From an uncultured Candidatus Saccharibacteria bacterium (GTDB taxonomy: Bacteria; Patescibacteriota; Minisyncoccia; Phycocordibacterales; DATDWN01): a stretch of 64,000 nt of DNA. Of this stretch, positions 57,522-64,000 are shown in pieces. Both the position numbers and the translations under genes were made by a program. The stretch's first letter is position 1, and the number at the start of each line of letters is the position of its first letter. The notes beneath the pieces are model-generated. The model did no database searches and had not been told where the DNA came from. It was given only the letters and a program-made list of their open reading frames with translations. The stretch lies in NCBI GenBank assembly GCA_964603545.1, contig CAZRVD010000001.1:68358-132357 (forward strand), given 5' to 3'.

Positions 57522-59000
57522 TTATTTAGCCCAAATATAACTTAATGTAGATTCATACCACTTTTTATTTTCAATTCTTTTTTCCTGTTTTTCTATCCAA
57601 GGGTTCCAGTCAAATTCTTTTTTGGTGATTTCCATTTCTCCATTTGGTTTTATGATAATTAAGTCTACTTCCTCAATTAATTTTCCTTCAGCTTTGTATT
57701 TTTTGATTTGGGGCAGAACGTCAGGAGAAAGCATTGTCATCTCAAATAAATGAATTTTTGTATCTGGTCTGTCTACCAGAGTCATATTTGATTTCAGTAT
57801 AAACAATTCAACTGGGAATATTGATACTAGTGAAAACATCCAAAGAAACTGAAATGCCAGGAATTTAACGACATTTGATTTTTTATTAATAAATAGTCGT
57901 GAGATGAGCCAGAGAAAAAGTACTCCACAAAATAATACGGTATATGATGCATAAAACTTTTCGTAACTAAAACCATAATGAGTTACATAGAGTACGATTC
58001 TTTGCGCAGAGGAAACCAAAAGCAAAAGAGAGGCAAAAGAAAATACACCCAGCAGTTTTTGCCCCACAGAGACAGTTCTGCGATAGAGGAAAAGGAAAAT
58101 AGCAATATTTATAACCGAGAGGAATAGAAGTTGCCAAAAACCGCTTTTTACCAAATTTTCTGTTTCCTTGAAATCAAATGGTAATGCTCCTACCCACAGA
58201 CGATCAATTTGTATCCAAAGAAATAGGAGATAAACAACAAAAATTCCTCCCAAAACAATGCTGGTAATTACAATGTCTACGTCAGTTTTCTTTTCAGTAT
58301 TAGTTATTGTAAGAGGTCTGCCCCATGCGATTAGCGCTGTTAGTGTTCCCAGGGTCAGTAATACAAAGACAATTATTTTTGCAACAATTGAAGTAGATAA
58401 GATTTTAGTAAAAGCGTCGTAAAAAGGTTTTAATTTTTCTGCAAAAAGTGGGTCAGAGGAAGAAAGAAGAGGAACGATGACAAGGAGGGCAACCAGGAGG
58501 AGGGCTATACCAGTCAATACTCTTTTCCATACTTCACCTTTATTTTTTTCCTTATTATAAATAGTGTTCAAAATAAACTGTATAGATGGATATAGAAAAA
58601 CTAAGAAACCTAAAATGTGTTTAACTATTTTAATGGCAAAAAGACTATTCCAATCAATTTCTTTCTTTCTCTCTAGCCATGAGTAAGAATAAAAGACAGA
58701 AAAAAGTACAGGAAATAACAAGAAACTAAATGCTTTGAAAAAAGGATTCTCATATACTGCAAACGAAACAGAAAGTAAAAATAAGGGAACAATCCACACA
58801 GAGTCACTTACATCAAATTTAAGATTTTTTCTCAATCTATATACGAAAAAGGCGACAACAGAAACAAGGTAAACAGCGAAGTTAATTCCAAGAGCGAAAA
58901 TTTCTCTTGAAAAGAAGCCCCACATGAAAATGATAAAAAACAACGACAAGATAAGACTTATGCCTACTTCTTTTTTTGTTGCAAATAATTTGTTTTCCAT
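57522..59000 (-). CDS. DUF4153/DUF4173-like multi-TM protein
   Basis: PLLSSSDPLF, GFWQL, YGFSYEKF; likely start MENK at 59000. Confidence 0.75.
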   Translation of the reverse strand: MENKLFATKKEVGISLILSLFFIIFMWGFFSREIFALGINFAVYLVSVVAFFVYRLRKNLKFDVSDSVWIVPLFLLSVSFAVYENPFFKAFSFLLFPVLFSVFYSYSWLERKKEIDWNSLFAIKIVKHILGFLVFLYPSIQFILNTIYNKEKNKGEVWKRVLTGIALLLVALLVIVPLLSSSDPLFAEKLKPFYDAFTKILSTSIVAKIIVFVLLTLGTLTALIAWGRPLTITNTEKKTDVDIVITSIVLGGIFVVYLLFLWIQIDRLWVGALPFDFKETENLVKSGFWQLLFLSVINIAIFLFLYRRTVSVGQKLLGVFSFASLLLLVSSAQRIVLYVTHYGFSYEKFYASYTVLFCGVLFLWLISRLFINKKSNVVKFLAFQFLWMFSLVSIFPVELFILKSNMTLVDRPDTKIHLFEMTMLSPDVLPQIKKYKAEGKLIEEVDLIIIKPNGEMEITKKEFDWNPWIEKQEKRIENKKWYESTLSYIWAK

Positions 59001-59008
59001 ATTTGTTA

Positions 59009-59044
59009 CGGTTATGTGGCCGGCTACTCGGCTTCGCAAGGTTG
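59009..59044 (-). repeat. Divergent copy 6 of the 34-bp repeat
   Basis: Minus strand CAACCTTGCGAAGCCGAGTAGCCGGCCACATAACCG between a stop and the next start. Confidence 0.6.
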
Positions 59045-59048
59045 TTAA

Positions 59049-59252
59049 TTATTTTTTGTATTCTAAAATGTCACCTGGCTGACAATCTAGCGCCTTACAA
59101 ATCGCCTCGAGTGTTCCAAATCTCACAGCTTTTGCTTTTCCGTTTTTCAATATAGAAAGATTGGCCATAGTTATCCCAACTTTTTCAGTAAGTTGGGTCA
59201 AACTCATTTTTCTTCTTGCTAGCATCACATCTATATTGATTATAATTGACAT
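59049..59252 (-). CDS. YozG-like Cro/C1 HTH regulator
   Basis: VGITMANLSILKNGKAKAVRFGTLEAIC..LDCQPGDIL. Confidence 0.9.
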   Translation of the reverse strand: MSIIINIDVMLARRKMSLTQLTEKVGITMANLSILKNGKAKAVRFGTLEAICKALDCQPGDILEYKK

Positions 59253-59256
59253 GATG

Positions 59257-59742
59257 TTATACGGTTAAGTCGTTCTCAGTTTTGATATCTATGGCATTTT
59301 GTAAAAGTCTCTCAAACACCGCCGCAGCAGTAGCAATTACCGCAGACAGAAAAATCATTACAAGACCTATTACAACACCACCAGCGATGTCTTCACCCTT
59401 GCTACGCTCCACTGTATTGAAGTACACTTCTGCTCCCACAATAAAACCGATGAGAGTCATTGCGCAGTATTTAATAGTACGTAGTGTTCCCACAGAATCT
59501 AATGAGAATACTTTATTTTGTCCAATATATCCGAGTAACTTAAATGCTTGGTAGATTGCAATGAAAAAGGGAATAGATGCAATATATGCATATGCCAAGA
59601 ATGGGTCATTGAAATATATTTGAAAGAGTGTGGCATTTACATTCCTGCCCTCAAGGTGGGGTTCCCAAAGCATAAGGGCAAGAGCACCTAGGGCTACAAC
59701 TACTAGGACAAATTTTAAAAATAATGTTGATCCTTTTTTCAT
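59257..59742 (-). CDS. DUF2975 membrane protein
   Basis: MKKGSTLFLK...AIDIKTENDLTV; typical partner of YozG-type HTH genes. Confidence 0.85.
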   Translation of the reverse strand: MKKGSTLFLKFVLVVVALGALALMLWEPHLEGRNVNATLFQIYFNDPFLAYAYIASIPFFIAIYQAFKLLGYIGQNKVFSLDSVGTLRTIKYCAMTLIGFIVGAEVYFNTVERSKGEDIAGGVVIGLVMIFLSAVIATAAAVFERLLQNAIDIKTENDLTV

Positions 59743-59901
59743 AGGGTAAATTTTCTTATGTAGTAATAAGGTAATACTAGCATACCTCACATCGTATTAC
59801 AATAAATATATATTGTTTATTACAAATAGTCACATGAGTCTAGTTTGTATATACAGAATCGCCCGACGCAGTCGGGCGACCTGTCGGGCGTGTAGTTTGC
59901 C

Positions 59902-60084
59902 TTATTCACGAGGGATAGCCATCTCTGGCACCTGTCCCGCGAATTCTTTCAAACACTGGTCATAGATATCAAGCCAAAATCTGGCCCAATTACCACCGTC
60001 TCGCCCTTCTCTGTAGGCGATTTCCATCTCTCTTTCTGCGATGTGCATCGCACGTTCCGCTGGGTTGTTTGTGTGGTGCCTCAT
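59902..60084 (-). CDS. GC-rich small hypothetical protein
   Basis: TTGACA...TATAAC promoter, SD AGGAGG, hairpin downstream. Confidence 0.55.
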   Translation of the reverse strand: MRHHTNNPAERAMHIAEREMEIAYREGRDGGNWARFWLDIYDQCLKEFAGQVPEMAIPRE

Positions 60085-60248
60085 GACAAACCTCCTGTGT
60101 TTGTTATAACAATTATAAATAATCTGTCAACTATCAACTCTTGCGATAGAGTAAAAAAGAAGTAATTGCGTTGCTTTCTTACTTATTTTTGATATTATCT
60201 ATTCTGTTAGAATTTGTACTTTGAAAATTAAATAAATGATTAATAAGC

Positions 60249-60320
60249 TCCGGTGTAGCTCAGTGGTAGAGCAATCGCCTGTTAAGCGATTGGTCGTAGG
60301 TTCGATCCCTACCGCCGGAG
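60249..60320 (+). tRNA. tRNA-Asn (GTT), CCA not encoded
   Basis: Acceptor TCCGGTG/CGCCGGA, D arm, anticodon arm ATCGC-CTGTTAA-GCGAT, GGTTCGA T loop. Confidence 0.96.
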
Positions 60321-60683
60321 CTTAGTAATCATTTAAATTTTATAAATTTATTACAATTGAATTATGAATAATGAAAACAGCCCACGAGTTGATTCTTTAT
60401 CTGAAGGCTTCACTACAGAATTTGAAGTTTTAGCTAGTCGTTTAAAAGAATTAGAAGTGAAAAGACGAAAACTAGAAGATGAAGGGATGAATGGTATTCC
60501 GAAAGAAGAGGATGTTTCAGAAGCAGCTAGTATTTCCTTAGAAATGCTTGATATTAAAGAAGAATTGAAAAAACTTCAAAACTAGGTAGAAATTGATACC
60601 AGACATCAATCTCACTTTAATTTTATCTATACAGACAAAATTAAAAAAGATCACTCTATGCCGCCGGAGCTTAGTAATCATTT
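60312..60683 (+). mobile_element. Mini-islet bounded by a 23-bp direct repeat of the tRNA 3' end
   Basis: CCGCCGGAGCTTAGTAATCATTT at 60312-60334 and 60661-60683. Confidence 0.65.
60364..60585 (+). CDS. Acidic coiled-coil small protein inside the islet
   Basis: 73-aa ORF between the direct repeats. Confidence 0.55.
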   Translation: MNNENSPRVDSLSEGFTTEFEVLASRLKELEVKRRKLEDEGMNGIPKEEDVSEAASISLEMLDIKEELKKLQN

Positions 60684-60758
60684 TTTATAAATTGACACAA
60701 ATGTCATTTTAATAGATAATCCTTCTCGGAACTTCTTCCAAGAAAGGTTGGGTTAGCT

Positions 60759-61523
60759 ATGCTTTTGAGAAAAGGAGACCACTCTGTATGGGCAACGTCT
60801 GAAGGCGGGTCCATACTCTCGTGGCAATGGCGAGAGCACAACATTCTCGGACCAGCACGTTTTGTGCGTGTAGATGGAGAACTTAAACTTCGCGGTGAGA
60901 CGCACTGGTGTTACCCGAACTTTGGGTCTGTGCCAGAGGGTGCCAATTTCAATTACCCCAAACATGGGCACCTTCGAAACGTCGTTCTTGACATTGAACG
61001 ACTTTACGACGATTCTGCACAGTTCTATCTGCCATCCAATCGTACCGGCAACTCCACCGAAGTCAGGGTTGACTTGGGAGTTCATAATTGGGGGGTTAGC
61101 ACATGGCTTTCTGCCATCAATCGAGGCGATGAGCGTGTGCCAATGTTGGTTGGGAGTCACCCCTACTTTGTAGTTCCGGAAGATGGCCTTGAAGTCTGGG
61201 TGAACGGCAAGTTGGAAGCTGAGGTTGTACGCCTAGGAGCTGGCCTATTGCAATCGGCAGGAGTTTTCTCGAAGGCGCGAATCCTGCCTCGATTTGGTGG
61301 TAGGGTCGCGGTAAACCTCAAGGGTCTCGGAGAGGTGCATCTCGGTTTGCACGATCACTGTTCACACATTGTCATTTGGTCTGATTGCCGGGCGGAGTAC
61401 ATTTGTGTTGAACCCGTATTTGGTGAACCCGGGGAATTTGGTACCGAGGAGGGAAATTGGCTTAGCAAGAATGAGTCCACTTTCTGCCAGGTGGACTTCA
61501 ACTTCAAACCGCGCTCGGTATAA
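60759..61523 (+). CDS. Aldose 1-epimerase (galactose mutarotase-like) family protein
   Basis: RG...YPNFG, PKHG.LR, GSHPYF, YICVEP; GC-rich with its own TTGACA promoter. Confidence 0.75.
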   Translation: MLLRKGDHSVWATSEGGSILSWQWREHNILGPARFVRVDGELKLRGETHWCYPNFGSVPEGANFNYPKHGHLRNVVLDIERLYDDSAQFYLPSNRTGNSTEVRVDLGVHNWGVSTWLSAINRGDERVPMLVGSHPYFVVPEDGLEVWVNGKLEAEVVRLGAGLLQSAGVFSKARILPRFGGRVAVNLKGLGEVHLGLHDHCSHIVIWSDCRAEYICVEPVFGEPGEFGTEEGNWLSKNESTFCQVDFNFKPRSV

Positions 61524-61644
61524 CCGCGTGCGATCAAGAAAGGATGGGCTCGCTTTAGCTACGGCTAAGGGCGGGCCCGTTTCATTTAAGTTAATTATTT
61601 GGTATATTAATAATTAGAAATTTCAGTTCATCTGGAGGTCTTAC

Positions 61645-61845
61645 ATGGGTAATCGGGGAACTACTCCTTCGTGGGATGATGAGCAAATCGCATTGTACGG
61701 CCTTTTTGGACACATGGACAATGTGAGAAGAGGTTACAGGATGAGGGAAGTCTCTCGTAAGAAAGCGCGACGCCGGAATATAAAGGAGGATCTCAAGCGT
61801 CGGCTTGACTCCAAAAGAGAAGAAAGGAGTCGTTCAAAGAAGTGA
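61645..61845 (+). CDS. GC-rich small basic hypothetical protein
   Basis: SD GGAGGT, Arg/Lys-rich C-terminus, hairpin downstream. Confidence 0.5.
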   Translation: MGNRGTTPSWDDEQIALYGLFGHMDNVRRGYRMREVSRKKARRRNIKEDLKRRLDSKREERSRSKK

Positions 61846-61944
61846 ATCTGCCGAACTCTACACTAGTTCTACAGTCCGCCCCGAAGGCCAAACGCTTTTG
61901 CGGGCGGCTTTCGTTTTGTATTTAGGTGGGTGTATAATGTAGGT

Positions 61945-62322
61945 ATGAATATTAAAATACGATCAATAAACTTTGATTTAACAGATGCGATAGAGGAATA
62001 TGTAAATAAAAAAGCATCTTCTCTTGAGAAGTTTTTGCAAAACAAAGAGGGTGCGCTCTGTGAAGTGGAAATAGGTAGAACAACCAAACATCACAATTCT
62101 GGTGATATTTTTAAGGCAGAAATCAATATTATGGTACCCGGTAGCGGACAGGTTTATGCAGTAGCAGAAGAACCAGAGCTTTACACTGCAATAGATATTG
62201 TTCGGGATGAAGCAGAAAGGGTAATAGTCAGTCAAAAAAGTAAAAGAGACACTCTTTTTAGAAGAGGGGCATCACAAATAAAAAATTTAATAAAGAGGAT
62301 TAACGGTGGGAGCAAAAATTAA
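61945..62322 (+). CDS. hpf: Ribosome hibernation factor (HPF/RaiA)
   Basis: MNIKIRSINFDLTDAIEEYV...ELYTAID. Confidence 0.85.
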   Translation: MNIKIRSINFDLTDAIEEYVNKKASSLEKFLQNKEGALCEVEIGRTTKHHNSGDIFKAEINIMVPGSGQVYAVAEEPELYTAIDIVRDEAERVIVSQKSKRDTLFRRGASQIKNLIKRINGGSKN

Positions 62323-62490
62323 ATGAGAGTAGGTTCTTTACAAGAAAGGGCCAACTGGTTTTTAGTCGGTTTTGTATTCGGGTGTATTTTTATAATTATC
62401 TTACTTCTTTACGCAATGGTTAAGGCAGAACAAAAAGCAGATTATTTAGATTCAGTTTCACTTTATTATGTGCACAATCCAAAAATCTAG
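62323..62490 (+). CDS. Small single-TM protein (55 aa)
   Basis: MRVGSLQERANWFLVGFVFGCIFIIILLLYAM..., directly after the hpf stop. Confidence 0.45.
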   Translation: MRVGSLQERANWFLVGFVFGCIFIIILLLYAMVKAEQKADYLDSVSLYYVHNPKI

Positions 62491-63371
62491 TTGATCTTTA
62501 TTCCCCGGAGGAAGTCAGTATAATCCATTTCTTTTTTTCCTTCAGGAATAACTCTTTCTAACACTAACTCGCCATTCTCTAAGTGAGCCGTTTTAACTAT
62601 AATTCTTTTTTTAACCCCATCTATTTCTTTAAAGAAGTAAGCCCCTGGCCAACTACAATAAGCTCTAATTTTTCTCAAGTTTATCTCTCCCGGGTCTTTC
62701 ATATCAAGTTCGCCGTCCGCTTTTTCTATTTTTTTTGTAAAAGTAGCTAGATTATGGTTTTGCTCTATTTCTTTTACCTCGCCCATTATCCATGGAGAAA
62801 TAATATGGGCTAACATTTTACCACCGAGCTCCCCAGCCAATTTTTCTAAGTTATAAAAATATGGTGGCCACTCCACCTCTATTTTTTCTTGGGCTAATAT
62901 AGGTCCATGATCAATTTCTTCATCCAGTCTCATTATAGTTACTCCCGTCTCATTTTCAGATAAAATTGCACTTTGGATAGGGGATGGACCACGAAGTTTG
63001 GGTAGTAGGGATGGGTGGACGTTTAGTGTTTTGAATCTAGGGATATCTAATATATTTTTAGGTATTATTTTCCCATAAGAACAGACAATAAATAAGTCAA
63101 AACCACTTGATGAGAATGACCTTATTTCATCTATCATTTCATTTGTTTTAAGTGTTTTTGGTTGGATGTACTTAACCCCTTCTTTTTCTGCCCAAGTTTT
63201 TACTTCGGAGGGCGTTAGTGTGAGTTTCCTACCCTTTGGCTTATCTTCAGTTGTTATAACGAGAGATGGTACAAACCCTCCCTTTTTGAGTTCATCTAAA
63301 ACATTTACTGCAAATTTTGATGTACCAAAATATGCAACAGTGGGTTTATTTTGTTTTTCTTGATTTACCAT
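62487..63371 (-). CDS. fmt: Methionyl-tRNA formyltransferase
   Basis: DKPKGR, SYGKII, NVHPSLLPKLRGPSPIQ, DHGPI. Confidence 0.93.
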   Translation of the reverse strand: MVNQEKQNKPTVAYFGTSKFAVNVLDELKKGGFVPSLVITTEDKPKGRKLTLTPSEVKTWAEKEGVKYIQPKTLKTNEMIDEIRSFSSSGFDLFIVCSYGKIIPKNILDIPRFKTLNVHPSLLPKLRGPSPIQSAILSENETGVTIMRLDEEIDHGPILAQEKIEVEWPPYFYNLEKLAGELGGKMLAHIISPWIMGEVKEIEQNHNLATFTKKIEKADGELDMKDPGEINLRKIRAYCSWPGAYFFKEIDGVKKRIIVKTAHLENGELVLERVIPEGKKEMDYTDFLRGIKIN

Positions 63372-63945
63372 TCTTTTTGTATTCTTCGGGGAATATTTCT
63401 TCTACGTTTTGAGCCTTATCAATAAAAAGCACTCCGTCTAAATGGTCCATCTCGTGTTGAAATATCTGTGCCAAAAGTCCTGTACCACCTCTTTCAAATT
63501 TATTTCCATTTTCATCAAATGCTACTACTGTGGCTTTTTTACTACGACTAACTTGGCCGTAGAGGTATCTTACGGACAAACACCCCTCTTCTACCGTTTT
63601 TCTTTCTTTAGAAAGCTTTTTAATTGTTGGGTTAATAAAAACGAGATCTTTCGTATCTTTGGTTTTAAAAGCTAAATCTCCCTCAATCTGCTTTGTTGGA
63701 AGACTAGTTTTTTTTCTTTTTGTTTCAGCTAGAATATCCTCTACTTTTCTGGAAACCACAAATATTCTAAGTGAGTGGCCAATCTGCGGAGCGGCAATAG
63801 CCACGCCGTCCTCCTGGGAGTCTAAAGCTTCCTTCATTTCAGATAAAACTTTTTTTATTTTAATCGATTTTATCTCCTCTACTGCGACAGGTAGGGCTAT
63901 TTCTCTCAGGATTTCCGCGTCTTTCTGTAAAATCTTAGTTGTCAT
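63346..63945 (-). CDS. def: Peptide deformylase
   Basis: GVAIAAPQIG, EGCLSV, QHEMDHLDG. Confidence 0.95.
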   Translation of the reverse strand: MTTKILQKDAEILREIALPVAVEEIKSIKIKKVLSEMKEALDSQEDGVAIAAPQIGHSLRIFVVSRKVEDILAETKRKKTSLPTKQIEGDLAFKTKDTKDLVFINPTIKKLSKERKTVEEGCLSVRYLYGQVSRSKKATVVAFDENGNKFERGGTGLLAQIFQHEMDHLDGVLFIDKAQNVEEIFPEEYKKNGKSRKTK

Positions 63946-64000
63946 TTATTCTATTAAAATATCATAAAAGACTGGCTGGGTCTATTCTAACGGAGAATTG

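Noticed and set aside
57522-59742. DUF2975-HTH-DUF4153 cluster as a novel system
   Set aside because: DUF2975 with a YozG-type HTH is a widespread, already recognised gene pairing.

Overview
AT-rich bacterial chromosome segment using the standard genetic code (TGA ends rnhB). Gene content suggests a Patescibacteria/CPR (Parcubacteria-like) genome; this is inference from the compact RpoB, short ThrS, short SMC-like ATPase and scarcity of biosynthetic genes. Housekeeping genes include gyrB, thrS, dnaE, rnhB, rpmF, nusB, rnc, smc, rnr, rpsP, khpA, trmD, lexA, rpoB, rpoC, dnaG, rpoD, a UvrD-nuclease, hisS, truB, typA, uppP, hpf, fmt, def and tRNA-Asn(GTT). No CRISPR array, rRNA, transposase or integrase was seen. 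Three layers of non-gene structure stand out. (1) Eight dispersed 110-200 bp imperfect-palindrome elements with compensatory base changes; seven sit at or just after the stop codons of core genes in a fixed orientation. (2) A 34-36 bp repeat in six copies, mostly just after stop codons, which also forms near-identical direct repeats around one accessory gene. (3) About 17 GC-richer, self-contained accessory gene units (promoter, Shine-Dalgarno, often a terminator) scattered among AT-rich core genes that mostly look leaderless. Also present: a 349-bp islet bounded by a duplicated tRNA 3' end, a GAAC-N4-GTTC SOS box inside the lexA operon promoter, and two frameshifted genes.
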